Assembly: GCA_043228905.1 (NCBI GenBank)
Contig: JBHGNT010000013.1
Coordinates: 7,006,001 to 7,070,000 of the forward strand
Direction: 5' to 3'
From: Azolla caroliniana
Taxonomy: Eukaryota; Plantae; Polypodiophyta
Length of the DNA stretch: 64,000 nucleotides
Below, one piece after another: positions 1-13,308 of the stretch. The notes under the pieces are model-generated. The model was not told the origin of the DNA, ran no database searches, and saw only the letters and a program-made list of their open reading frames with translations. Numbering within the stretch: position 1 is the stretch's first letter; the number at the start of each line of letters is the position of its first letter. Both the position numbers and the translations under genes were made by a program.

Positions 1-3000
1 TTCCCTCTAGTTGTCGTATCCGGACCGCTAGTAGTTCTTCCCGGCTCATCTCTTCCTTCCACGGTAGCACTGTCCATGTTGCGATCGCGGTTTCCGTCGA
101 CATTACCGGTGCTTGTCCGGTCATGAGTTCTGCCGGCATGTAACCGGTTATGGAGCTATGCGTCGTCCGATCCGCCCATAGTGCATACGGAAGCATCTGC
201 GGCCAGTCCTTCACCTTTCCATCGCATGCCTTCGCAAGTGCTTTTACGATCGGACTATGTCCTCGTTCGATTTTCCCGTTGGCCTCCGGATTGTATGCCG
301 TTGTCAGCGATAACCGATCTCCGTGTTTGGCGAAGAATCCCCTAGCTTTGTCCGAGTCGAGTTCTCCCCGGTCTGCAATCACTTGTCCTACACACCCGTA
401 CCTGCAAAATACTTCCTCCAAAAGAAATTGGCATACCGCGGAACACGTTTTCCTCTGAAGCGCTCGACCTTCTACTTGATTCGTGAGATCTTCTCGAGCT
501 AATACCAAGTATTTCTTTTGTCCGATCCCGGTCGGCATGGCCACTATGTCGACCATCCACTTGAAGTTGATTGTCGGTGAGAATGTCGGATGTAACTCAT
601 CTCGATGTTGAACCCCGGAGTAGACTTGACATTTCTCGCAGCTTTCCGTAAACTCCGCGATATCTTTGTACATTTTCTTCCACCAATATTTTTGTTTGAT
701 CTTCACAAATGTTGCCCATGTTCCTCGGTGTCCAGCCCAATCGGATTCGTGAAACTCGGACATTATCCGGTTTCGTTGCTCTTTTGTCCCGACTACTCGA
801 AGTGGTATACCATCCGGTCTTTTCGGCGCCCTCCATATTAATCCGTTTTCCAAGAAGAACTTTTGGACTTGCCTCTTCTTCCTTCGGATCTCGGCTCTTC
901 TTCCTTTATCGTTTGTCGAGTCCTCGGCCTCTTGTAACATCTTCCCGATCATCAAACTTTCTCCCTCATATTCTTCTTCCCGAAATTCTCGGATTACGTT
1001 CACTCGGCATATGTGCTCCGACGCGAAGTAGTCTTCGAAAACTTCTTCATTATCCGATTCGGTTATGTCGTCTCCGAACCGAGCCCTTGATAACATATCC
1101 GCTACCGCGTTTTCCTTCCCCGAGATGTGTCGAACCTCCGGATTAAGCGACTTGACATATGCAACCCACCTTAGCATAGCTACATCTGGTATCGTACAAC
1201 ACCGCATCATCCCGAGTATCGGAAGACAATCCGTCTCGATCACCACTTCGGCTCCGATCAAATAATCCCGATCCGATTTTATCGCCGACACGACTCCCCA
1301 CAGTTCTCTTTTGACTTGTGCATATCCATGTTGCCTTTCGTTGAGAACCTTTGCTCCGAATCGGATCGGATACCGCGAACCATCCGAGTCGGCTTGACTG
1401 ATGACCCACCCGATACCGGTTGGACTTGTATCAACCGTTACTATGATCGGTCGGTCGTAGCTCGGCTTCTTAAGTGCTTCCGCCCTCCGAAGTGTCTTCT
1501 TCAATTTCTTCATGGCTTTGGTGTGTTCCGGTTTCCATTCGAATTTCTTACCTTTCCGCAACAAGTGGTAGAGCGGGTCCGCTATATGTGCATAGTGCGG
1601 AATCCATATGTGATAGAATGCACATGCACCGAGAAACCTTCGGACTTCGGATGTTGACTCGCATACTTCCTCCATAGCTTGAATCGCATCGATCTTTGTT
1701 GGTGACGGTCTTCGGCCGTAGGGCCCACATAGATGTCCGACCACCAATATTTCTTCTTGCCCGAATGCCGATTTCTCCCCGGAAAGTGTTAGGTGCACAT
1801 CTTCTAGCTTTCGCAACACTTTCTCGCATGCATGAATATGGTCGACCACGAACTTTCGGCATCCTCGATCATCCATAGTCTCATCTTTTTCTTCGACCGC
1901 GCATCCTTTCATCGGAATGTCATCGAGGAACGGCATCGTTATCTCCGGAATGCAGTCTCGAAGCACCTTGTTCATCGCGTTCATCATATGAGCAACCGAG
2001 TTTGTCGCTCCTTGTGGTAGTGTGCACATTCGGACTAATCCTATCGGTGTTCGCATGGTTGTGATGTCTCGGCTCTCCACGGCTAGTTGGAATTGGTCAT
2101 ACCCCGAGTATAGGTCTCCGATGGAGTATATTGCACGACCGGCAAAAGCTTCCGCAAATTCGTCCACTATCGGACCGACTCCCGAGTTCCGGATCGTGAC
2201 CTTATTCACCGGTTGCAAGTCTTGGATAAATCGGAGTGACCCATTCTTCTTCGGAACCGTAAACCATCGATTTGAGTACGGAGCAGTTGATGGCTCTAGA
2301 ATCCCCATCGCCACCTTCTCCTTGAGCAAGTCAATGACTTTCGGAATATGCGCTCATGGCACCGGAATCGGCTTCAGATTCCACAGTACATGGTCAATCA
2401 TAAAGATCACCATCGGCTCCACTATTCTCGGATCGATGCACCCTATCTCCCTTGATGTAAATGCAAACGCTTTGCCGTGTTGCTCCAACATCTCGCGAAA
2501 CCGTTCTTCTTCTTTCTGTAATAGGAACCCACCTCCACCGATCCGAAGTTTCTTCCAGGTCTCATCCGTGAAGGCATGTCCGATATCCACGGACTTCTGA
2601 AGTGTCGGATCTCCTGAGACTTCTTTCCTCTTTTGTTCGCTATCGGCGGGTAGTGGTCCCGCGGCCGGTTTCACCTTCTTCTCCACGGTCTTGTATTTCG
2701 TACCTACCATTGCTTCTTCATTACGGAGCGTATCCGGCTCCATTTTCGCAATGATCTCGTACATCTCGACCGATTCCACCGGGACTACCCGGTTCCCTTG
2801 GCTTTTATCTTCCGCAAGCTCTTCAAGTCGTTGTAGCGTGCTCCAATAGAACACTTCCTCGACTATCCCCACGATTTCTTCATCTTCTTTTATTATTGAT
2901 GCCGACCGCAACTTATCCTCCACTTGTCGGTATCCTTCCTTCAATCCTCCGGTTACGGTCGTGTATGTAGATGCCCCATCCGGACCGATTCGTACATGTT

Positions 3001-3776
3001 TTGCTCCGAGAGTTTTCTTCCTGTGTGGGGTATCAGGGCTTCTCGGACTATCACTTCCCCACTCCGCAACAGTCCGCTTTAAAAATCCATTCTCACTTGG
3101 GACAAGAGTTCCCTCTTGTTCCTTTCGTGATTTGCCGGCACCGTTAGGAATTGGACGGATTTCCCACCGTTTTGGCTCCGAATTCGCGCAAAAGCCGCAC
3201 CGCTATCGAGCACCTTCGTCTCCATCCCTGATGTCGTGATAAAGGGTTGGCCGAGGATGACGGAATGTGAAACCTCATCTTGCACGAAGAAATTTTGGTC
3301 AATCTCGACATCCCCGATCTTCACCGTCACATCCGGACAAGCCGCAAATAGATCTTCCGTTGCTTTGGTGGCCGCCCGAATCTTCCATCCATGGTTGGTG
3401 TTAATAGGCCACTTCCCCTTCCGGTAGAACTCCTTGGACATCAAGTTGATCTCCGATCCGTGATCAATCAATGCTAGCACGGTTTCTTTGATGTTGCCAA
3501 TTCGGACCGGAGTTTCCGTAGTCGCGCGTGCCCAATGTGGCCTTGTATAGTGGGAGTTCGGAATTTCGTCCTCCACTTCGGTGTCGTTCATTAAAACAGT
3601 GTTGGCATTCACCCTTGGAGCATTTTCCTCCGTACTTTGTCTTTTTCGCTTCACGAGATCTACGAGAAGATCGTGGAACTCCTTCTTTGCTATTCCGAGT
3701 AGCTCCCGAAGCGAGAAATCTACCCGGCTATCCAAGATTCTTTCCTCGAACACTTTTTTCAAGTCGGTTTGTTGTT

Positions 3777-5141
3777 CTATGTCCGAGGCGAGCTTGAATG
3801 CCGGAGTCGCCTTTTCTTTTCCCTTACCTCCGGAGTTCCAGCTTTCCGGTATCTTCGATGGACCGGCCGCATCCTCCGTTCGTCGTCGTTTTCGTCCACA
3901 TACACCTTATGCAATTGACACAGGGCGTATACGCTATTCTCGTCGACAGGGCACTCCCATCCTGTAGCTTCCCGGACGCCTTCCGCGGTGCTTCGGATCT
4001 CGTTAGAGTCGGTTTTCTCGGTGTTTTCTAGAACTTCCGGCCAAAAAGACGTCTTTGCTCTCGATGACTCCCCGACACATATTCCCGCGGTTGTCGCATA
4101 GTTGCTTCTCGCCGCCAATTCCTCCTCGAGCACCTTCTTCATGCCGCCTTTCCGGAAGTTCGGTCGGAGTGGCTTCCGAGAGTCCATCGAATGAATCCGG
4201 TTTCCCTCGTAGTAGATGAGATCCCGCCGTAGCGCCTCCTTATGCTCGTCGCAATCCCTCCGATCGTGTTCGGCGCTATCGCACCATATGCACCGTCGGT
4301 CCGTATACTTGGAGCTTGTGGGGCGGTCATCCGACTTCTTCACCATCGCGATCTTCAGATTCTCCATCTCCTTCAATAGTTGCTCCACCGTAGATGCATC
4401 AATCCCCTTCTCGGTTGTAGTCTCTCGAGCCCTCAGTTGATGGTCTTCCAATCCGGTTCTCGGTTTCGGAATCGGTTCCGAAACCCTCTTTTCCTCGTCG
4501 GCAAGCCATTGCCCCCTCTTCGTGTATCGCGCGACGATATCCCGCATGCTTTCCCATGTTTCGGTGAGGCCGCTCTCCGTGGTCGTGTCCTCCAAGAGCA
4601 CTCCGAGATCTTTCCGGTCCCGGACGTCCACGGCTCGCAAGAACATGATCACCTTGTCCGGTACGAGGATAGGTTGATCTCTCGCGGACAACCTCCCGAA
4701 CCGGCTTTCGAATGCCGAAAACACATCAACGACCTTCAATCCCTTGTCCGGCGTCTCCACCCAATCTTCGAATCCCCTTCGCGTCGCCTTGGAGGAATCC
4801 TCGATGGCGAACGTCCTCTTTAGCTCTACTTCAAACGCCTCCCATGTCGGATTTTGCTGTCGTAGCCCATGGATGCTTGCTTGAAGCCCGTTGGTCGCCA
4901 CTCGGTTGAAGGACGTCACTTGCAGTCCTTCCGATATTCCGCACCGTAGCATCTCCGCCTTGTAATCCCGAAGATACCGCGACACGTCTTTCCCGTTGAA
5001 TTGCCCGTTTCGTTGCACGAGCCGCTCCACTGAGGCCGCTATCTCCGACATCGCGCGTTGTTCTTGTAGCATGCGCTTGAACATCATCATCATGTTGCTA
5101 GCCTCTTGTTGATTTTCCATCTCCTTGCCACCCGTTTTCAC
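3777..5141 (-). pseudogene. gypsy gag ORF (zinc knuckle), frameshifted into protease
   Basis: 454-aa ORF, FNGKDVSRYL capsid-like start and Cx2Cx4Hx4C; begins directly after the PBS. Confidence 0.85.
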
Positions 5142-5154
5142 GTCGGGTTCACCA
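5139..5154 (-). promoter_or_regulatory. Primer-binding site complementary to the tRNA-Trp 3' end
   Basis: Minus-strand TGGTGAACCCGACGTG, 4 nt inside the LTR; matches the plant tRNA-Trp 3' end (CACGTCGGGTTCACCA, from recall). Confidence 0.8.
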
Positions 5155-5158
5155 ACTG

Positions 5159-5862
5159 TGTCGTGCCCTTTGGCTCCGGATCGTTGCGTGAGTCGGGTGG
5201 GAACCGCCGAGGTTTTTGACTAGGAGGAAGAGGAATACAACTTAAGGCTAGATATGAATAGTGGAAAGAGTAGTAAGATAGCAATCTCGTGAATCCCACG
5301 AGTTTAGTGTAATTAAAACGATATTTAGATTATAAGAGCAATTAGATGGCAAAATTCGTGAATCCCACGAATATATTAGATTGATCCCACCTTGTATATT
5401 AATCAACAACCATATACATATTTTTCTCCTCCTTATATAAAGATGGAAGAGGCTAAGCATGGCTTCATGCTTTTTCACCTAAAGTGCCCATGCACACTAA
5501 ATGTGCATGTGATGTTTTGTCATTTCCTAAATATAGGGCTCGTGCACGCTAGATGTGCATGAGTCACTTTTAATGTCACGTGTAAATAAAATATTCACAC
5601 TCTAAAGAACACATGATTTTTACCTTTTAATAAAGGTATGTGTAAATAAAGGTCTTATATGTATTAAATCTATATTTATAACACTAAAGATAAGTTATTA
5701 CAATGGTAAAGTTGGGGTTTATCTACGTGGAGGTGCATGGTTTGAATCTTGCCCTATGCAGGTGATAAATTCTTTTGATATATTATTTATTTATTTATAT
5801 GTATCTAAATTCGGATATATTATTTTATGGTTTTCACGTAGTGTGTGGAATACAATACGACA
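5159..5862 (-). repeat. 5' LTR of the gypsy element (704 bp)
   Basis: TGTCGT...ACGACA termini; both ends homologous to solo LTR 12582-13308. Confidence 0.9.
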
Positions 5863-6915
5863 GCGCTTTTCGACAATGGTGTATAGCTTTAGATCTTTCC
5901 AACGCTTCACTTTCTTGATGTTCTTTTAATAAATTCTTATAATTGTTAATTTCTTCATCTGTTGTCCCACTCTTTGCCGTGCTTTTTAAACTTGCACATA
6001 GAGAACAAACACCCATTTGGACCTTACGGGGTATGAGCACATTGTTAAACTTCAATCTTCATAATCAATTAAAATGCCGATATTGTATGTAAGGTACACT
6101 TTCTAATAACATGTCATCCTTATATGCTTGGTATACCTCACGACGAGTGAAGTTATTTGACAAATGTAATCTTCCAGTGGTTGGCATACCATCTCATTGC
6201 TTCGAGAAATATATCTTCATCCATCTAACGGTATGTCGCCCAATCAGACCCTTACATCCAGATTCTTTATTGTTGAAAGGTACCCACGAGCCCTTCACTA
6301 ATCGATGTTGAATTCTCTAGAGCCTCATGTTACCAATGCTATCAGCAATCTTGAAAGCTACTCAACAACTCTTCATAGTAAGTGAAAGGTAATATTCCAC
6401 ATGCAGAGAACTTGAAACTATTGTGTGGTCTTTAACAAGTTGCATATGTGAAATCAAGAAAGTATATTGTTCGTCGCCATTAAGTGACAAATACTTACTG
6501 TCGCAACACCCTCAAGTTTGCCTTTCCCAATTTTGAAAGACAAAGATTCCCACAACATGGCTTGCATATATCAAATGCAATTTGGTGATCTGAACACAAA
6601 AAAATTATATCTTTTAACACTCACTTGACGAGGAACTCTTCAAAAACTTAGAGGCTTATTGACACAATCCTCATATACATTACATAAAGTAGAACACTCA
6701 TGATTTATAACTACTTTATTATTTCATAGTCTACCTAAGTCAAAAGGATCGATCGAAAAAAATGAATTCGAACTTTGCCCAACTTCATCATTGGAATCTT
6801 CATCGCATAGTTTATTATTTATATGGTTATATTCCTCGATAGAGAATAACGAGTTATCAGATAATTTAAATGGCTCAATGGAGAATAAAGAATTTTTACT
6901 GGAGGTTGAGGACAT
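5863..6915 (-). pseudogene. Decayed putative DNA-transposon transposase, N-terminal part (DUF7869-like Cys-rich region), cut by the gypsy insertion
   Basis: Broken frames reading WMKIYFSKQ..DGMPTTGRLHLSNNFTRREVYQAY and IPRKVQMGVCSLC; family assignment is by motif recall only. Confidence 0.5.
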
Positions 6916-7137
6916 CTCGACTAAGGCTAACTAAGATCAATTGAGTCGAAAATAGCTCAAAATTTTATTCCATAATAAGTCACATTTAAAAATAATTTTT
7001 AAAAAATAAGAAAAATATTAATATAAAGGAAAGTCATCTTCTCTTTGTCATTATCGCATTCAAGAAGCACAAGGCACATAGCCATCCCAAACCCTCCGTT
7101 TTCGCCTCCCCGGTCAACTCGAGTCGACATCAACAAC

Positions 7138-9700
7138 ATGAACAAGGGAAAGAAAATTGTCAAGTATCTTCTTTTAACTTTTTTTAAGATTCTCTACAGA
7201 TTTCCAAAAGATTCCATTTTAATTTTGTTCATTTTTGTATCAAGTTCCCGTTGAAAGAGGAAAATTTTATTATTTTTGTACTAGAAATAATAACTTTATT
7301 GGTATTTTACTAGCTTTTTTTTTAGTGTTTTGGATACTAAGTTACATTAAATTTTGAGGTTTTTCTACTAATTTTAATGAACTTTATCTCTGTTTTAAGG
7401 TTTACAGTGTTCACTTTTGAAGAATAATTTCATATCATTGTGTTATTGCCTGTTATTTGTAGTGAACCTCGTCAAAAGGTTCCATCTTTTAAACTGAAGA
7501 TTCCCTCCCCAACCAAAAAGCTTGCCGACAGTGTGAATAACCAAGAATCTCGAAAAACTTTGATGGAGTCGGCAAGTCACGACACATCCAAGTCTTCGGG
7601 CGGAAATACAATGAGGACATTAGCCTAAAATACTGGGGAGCCTCGCTTCAAGAGCTACCTCCATGTGGAATGGACGTTGATCTATTTTGAGGAAGAAGGG
7701 GATTTGCTCCTCATACTTGCAAAATCCGAAGGTGAAGGAAACCTTCAAGTGGAAAAGACCTTCACATACGGGCAAATAAAGAACATTGAATATGAGGACA
7801 ATGACTCATCGAACCTGTTATTCGATGTTGATAGCTCAGTGGGGTTGCGCAGAGTCTGGATTGATGAAGGCAATTTTATAACAGACTCCTACCACCCCAA
7901 AGCATTGGAAAAAGATGTTCAAACCAAGAACAACTTAATTGTCGCTTTGTGCCCATACATTAAAGGAGAACTCATGGTTGCGCAAGAAAGCACCCCACCG
8001 AAGACTGCCAGAAAAGAAAATTCAGAACACAAGAAGTACAAGAAAAGGTAGCAACCTGAGGAGGACGAGCTCGAAGTACTCGAGTTTGTCGAAGATGAGG
8101 AGGAAGATACACAACTAGAAGTAATTCCTCCATGTGGCCAAATTGCCTCGGGAATCCTCACCTCCGAACCGAATCGGATTCGAGAAAATATTGCAAAGAC
8201 AAATCTTGTCCGTAAGGGACAACTGTTTGATTTACCGATTTGTTCTATTCAGAGGCCATCAATTGATCCAGAAACGGGACGACAGGCTCTAGAGATAAGA
8301 TAGCCGCATTGAATGCATGTGCAGAATTTCATAAGCAAAATGAAGATCAATCCACATGCAATTGTTGTGCCATTCTTAGTAATGGTAGACCTAGATCAAT
8401 GCCCAACTATAGCAAACTTCAAGTATAGTTCGGCAGATGATTACACATACTACGCAATTAGAGGATCCCAGTCTACTGAATTCTGGTGTCAACTTGTTAA
8501 GGAGTATCCTCTTACCCCCTTCTTCAAATATGCAGAATGTAAAGTGTATGTTGGACTTACGCATGAAGAAGCCAAGTTGCTAGGTTGGGACCACAATAAT
8601 GATAATGACTATAGACAGAAGATGCCATGTATATGGCGCATCAAGTTCTTTCATCACGAGTACCTTGATGCTTTGCAAAAATTTGGTCCTAGGCTGCAGA
8701 TTGCGACGATAATGCCTACTTGAAGTGGGCATAGCAGTTGGCGAAAACGCAAAGTCTAAAGGCATGAGAAAGTACGACTCATGGTTTCAATTTGCTTTTA
8801 GAACACGGGTGGTGTGGGACCTCCAAGATCAAATATTCAGTATGTGGGAGCGAAAATAAATAAAGGGTCAATGATCAAAGAAGGCTAAGTTGGACCCTCA
8901 AGTGGAGGTGAAGTCTAAGTCACGCAAAAGTGACTTGGTGATAGAGGAACTATAAAGAATCAAGAGATGGATTCTTGTGAACCGGAAAAGATATAAGTTA
9001 TGTGTGTGTATGAGAGAGAGTGAGAGTGAGAGACAAGGAATAAGACACAGAGGATACACAAGGTAAGAGTATGTTAACAAAGGAGAAAGACTCAACATTA
9101 TACAAGGTGGGAGGAGGGTGCTTTATGTAGACACCCTCTCTCTTCATTAACTACATGACTCATGGAGCATGGGAAATGTGAAAGCTCATAAGTTATGGGT
9201 CATAGAATCATACTAAATGCTAGAATACAAAGTGGTGACTTAATGGTGACTCTTGACCGTTGGAGTGTCTATTCACTCTCAAGGTGAGTTCACACACTAG
9301 ACCAAGTTGAGCTTGATTCTCAACAGGAACTAGCCAAGGACATGAAGTTGCTTCCTTGGCGGTCATCGCAAGGGATAAAATCTGACAGATTATTAATATC
9401 TGTATTATCAAGAGTGACCGCCAAGGATTTTAGCTTGGATGAAATGGTCACAGAGTTGCAAAAGTGAGTAATCTATGTGATGATTGTTTTTATTGGATTG
9501 ATTTGTTAATTTGATCTTTATTCTAACCTTTATGTGTAATGTTTTTTAGCCATAAGGTTTATATGAAGATACAAGAGTTGATGATGGAAAAGTTGTCCCC
9601 GCTATGTGGGAAGAAGTGGAGTAGGCTTGCTCAAAAACATCATCTTACAAGGCTCTTAAAGAATTTTTCATTGTGTTTAGAGAATGGGTATGTGTGTTTA
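7138..9700 (+). pseudogene. Decayed intron-containing gene divergent from the putative transposase; possible ParB-like accessory protein
   Basis: ATG 7138, GT-AG intron 7164-7462 restores frame (MNKGKKIVN-EPRQKV), ORF fragments 7665-8051 and 8313-8723 (YYAIRGSQS..VYVGLTHEEAKLLGWDHN), probable intron ~9464-9549; interrupted by a solo LTR. Confidence 0.45.
8951..9325 (-). mobile_element. Solo LTR, same copia family as 34546-50364
   Basis: GGAAC TSD at 8946-8950 and 9326-9330; sequence matches the LTRs at 34782-35165 and 49983-50364. Confidence 0.93.
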
Positions 9701-12581
9701 ATATCTTCTATAGTTGATATTAGGATAATGCGCATTTTCATATATATCTTATAATTGTAGTGTGAAAAATCGGATGGATTTTGTGCAACGGAAGAACTGT
9801 GTGTGTGTGTGTAGAGAGAGACAGAGAGACAGAGAGAGAGATCTCACAATTACAGAAAATCAGAAAACTGTATTACAAAGGAAGCAAGAATGACCAAATG
9901 TTACAAAGAGAGGGAGGAGGTGCTTATGTAGTCACCTTCTCTCTAAGTTCTCTCACTAGTATTGCCTCTTGGGAAAGAGGTCGTGTCTTAACTACTTAAA
10001 GAATAACACACTTGAGTATCCTAGAGAGTGTTCCCACTCACAAGAAGTTTAGTTTGATTCTCAACATGCCCCTTCAAACACAACTTTCGATCATCGGATG
10101 GTTGGTTTGGATTGGTCTTCGGGGGTATACTCGTACAACTCCTTACTCCCTGTCAAGCTCGGTTGGTCGATGGTCGAAAGACCCAGGTTGGTCGTGAACT
10201 GCCGCAACTTGTCGAATCCTAGGGCCTTGGTGAAGATGTTCGCCATTTGCAAGTTTGTGCTGATGTGTTGCAGGTCGACATCCCCGGCTAGAACACGCTC
10301 TCGGATGAAGTGATAGTGCACTTCGATGTGCTTAGTCTGATCATGGAAGATTGGGTTCCGAGCGAGGTGGATACTTCTCATGTTGTCGTAGTAGAGGAGA
10401 ATTAGATCCTTGATGGGAATGCCTAGATCCTTCAAGATTCTCTTGAGCCAAACGGCTTCACATGCGGCTACAACCGCCCCTTGTATTCGGCTTCGGTGCT
10501 CGACAATGCGACTGTCGGTTGTTTCTTACTACTCCACTTTATGGCGCCATTGCCGAGAGATAAAACAAATCTGGATGTCGATCGTCGGTTAGCTCTTTAG
10601 CCGGCTTAGTCGGCATCAGTATAACCTTCGAGTCATATCGGTGTGGCTGATTTGTAAAGGATGCCGAAATCCATGGTTCCACTCACATACCTTAGCACTC
10701 GCTTAGCACAGTCGAGATGGATGTCTCGCGGAGTTTGCATGAACTACCTGTTAGGAAACAGGTCCCTCCGGATGGGAAGTGAGAAGAAGAGTGTTAATGA
10801 GCAAACTCGGCCGAGGTCAGAACCGGATGAGGAGTACCTGGCAACGGAAGACCCTGTGAGAACCGGATGATGAGTGCCAGGCAAGCGCCGGATGATGCAG
10901 GCCCGGTGAGGAGTGGTCACCGGATGAAGTGACATATTCGTAAATATGTTTCTGAGAGTCTATCGGGGCTATATTTGTAAATAGTCGAAAAGTCATTTTA
11001 GTATAAATATGACTTAGGGCAAACTTAGTGTATATGTTGTTATTCTTGTTGGTGCAAGATTAGTGCGCGTAACTGTGTATAGAGAGAGAGAGAGAGGAAG
11101 AGGTCGTTGCCTTTGTCGTAACCGCCGCCTGTGGCGAAGATAGCAAGCTCGAGGTCGTTGCATCGGTGCTTCTCTATTGTACATTCTGATATAGTGATAG
11201 TTTGCAGTCTATGGGCTGTCGTGGTTTTTCCCTAGTTTGGGTTTTCCACGTTAACATCCTGTGTACTCTTCTCTTCACTGTGTCGTGCGTTCATTACCCG
11301 TTTACTGTGTTTTGATTCTAGGCTCAGTTGTGGTCGGGCGCTGTTCATCGGGAGCGTGTATTCCTGTCAAAGTGGTATCAGAGGGAAACGACACAGAAAA
11401 TGGATGAATCGTTGGGCGGCATGTTCAAGCTCACCGGCTCCAACTATTCAGTGTGGAAGTCGAAGATGAGGGACATGCTCGTGGTTAAAGATCTTTGGTT
11501 GCCAGTTCAGTTCGGGGACAAGAGACCGGACAAAATCGACGCCACGATATGGGAGGTGATGCACATGAAGACAACGGCGTACATACGGTGCTTCATCGAC
11601 ATGAGCCTATACAACAATTTCAATGAAGAGAGCAAGGCTCATGACCTTTGGGAGAAGATCGACATTATGTTTCAGAACAAAAAAGTTGTTAACCAGGTTT
11701 CGGTATTCCAGAAGCTAGTAAGACTCCGTTACCAAGATGGCTCCAGCATGGCGGAGCACATGAATGCCTTCCAGGGGCTGATACACCAGGCAACATCATT
11801 GGAAGTACCTCTCGCCGATTAGGTACTAGCGCTGCTCCTGCTCGGTTCCCTCCCGGATAGCTGGGAGACGTTGGTTGTCACTCTAGGCAACGCCGGGCCG
11901 GAACGGAAACGGTTATCCCTATAGGGCAAGAGTGAAGTCGAGCTTGCTAGATGAGGAGGCATGTCGGAAAGATAAGGATACGAGCTCCGACTCCAAAGGG
12001 CTCCTTACCGAATCGGAACGTGGAAGACCAAGGAACCGTAGTTCCCAGAATCGGGAGAAGTCGGGGACACGATCAAAGTCAAGGGGGAGGCCTACCTGCT
12101 TCTATTGCGGCAAGCCGGGACACTTCCAGAAGAACTGTCGGCATTTCCGAAAAGACAATGAAACCGACGGTACCGATTCGAAGCAGACACCGGACCGGAA
12201 CGGTAAAGACCGGAGAGGGCCGGACCGGAAGGGAACGACGGCAATCGCGGCAAGTGAAGAAGAGTTGATGCTCATCACTGAGGAGAGTGAGCTAAACCTT
12301 GCCGGCGACGAGATGACCTGGGTGGTCGACTCTGGAGCGTCGTTCCGCCTTACCCCGGACCGGAAATGCTTTTCATCCTACTCAGCCGGTTATCACGAAT
12401 GTGTCCGGATGGGGAATGAAGGTACATGCCAAATTGTCGGCATAGGAGACGTGTGGTTGACAACACCAACCGAATGCAAGCTGCTGCTGAAGGATGTCCG
12501 ATACGTTCCGGAGGTTCGTCTGAACCTGATATCAACCAGTTGGCTAGATGATGAAGGCTACACAGGTAGCATCCGGAACGG

Positions 12582-13308
12582 TGTCGTAGTGTATTTTGTA
12601 CACTACGTGAAAAACGTATATAGTATTAGATTCAATAAAAAATGAAGAAATAGAAGAAAATAGCAAAATAAATGGAACATGCATAGGGCAAGATTCGAAC
12701 CTTGCACCTCCATGTTAATAATGTAATGTCTTACCATTACACTAGCATTTCATTAGTGTTAAAGCATAGATGTCCCACATAGAAAGGTAAATTCACGCTA
12801 GGATAAACATTAGAAAAACGCATAACAAAAGAAAAAGCTACACATACACATCTAGCGTGCATGATAAAAAACGCACAAGTTAGAAAAAGCATGATCACTT
12901 TAGATAAAGCATATAGTCTATCTATAGGAAAAGCATGGGGTCTATAGTTAGAGAAAAAGCATGGATTACTAAGACTTCCTCATCACTACATAAGGATGGG
13001 GAGCACAATGTAATTGTGTGTGAAAAATATTTGGAAACTAGATATGTTTCTAAAAAACACCAATTAATAAACTATACTCGTGGGATTCACGAGAATTCTA
13101 TATCATTCTCTTTCAACCGAAGTTTATATTCTTATATTCATATTGATTAATCTAATACAATACACTCGTGGGATTCACGAGTTTGCTATAACTCTTTCTT
13201 ACAACATATTTATATTCTTATTAGCCTTAAAACTCTCCTCTTCCTAGTCCAAAACCCCAGCGGTTCCCACCCGACTCACGCAACGATCTGGAGCCGAAAG
13301 GCACGACA
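12582..13308 (+). mobile_element. Solo LTR of the tRNA-Trp gypsy family inside copia A pol
   Basis: TGTCGT...ACGACA termini, 4-bp TSD ACGG (12578-81, 13309-12); removal restores RNG-VMKF. Confidence 0.93.
12680..12750 (-). promoter_or_regulatory. tRNA-like Pol III type-2 promoter (A box + B box) inside the LTR
   Basis: Minus strand TAGTGTAATGGTAA (12744-12731) and GGTTCGAATC (12701-12692), tRNA-like spacing, hairpin GCAAG/CTTGC around the B box. Confidence 0.6.

Larger units (their letters stand above)
1..5862 (-). mobile_element. Ty3/gypsy LTR retrotransposon (gag-PR-RT-RH-IN), frameshifted; 3' end lies outside the window
   Basis: Minus strand: gag with CCHC knuckle (CIWCDSAEHDRRDC), protease ALIDHGSEINL (3079-3762), RT PFLDDIP (~1915-1935), RNase H (~1050-1430), integrase core AYNPEANGKIER (~270-305). 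Order RT-RH-IN is gypsy-type. 5' LTR 5159-5862. Confidence 0.93.

Noticed and set aside
12680-12750. A true tRNA gene
   Set aside because: No convincing acceptor or anticodon stem; only the boxes and a T-arm-like hairpin are supported
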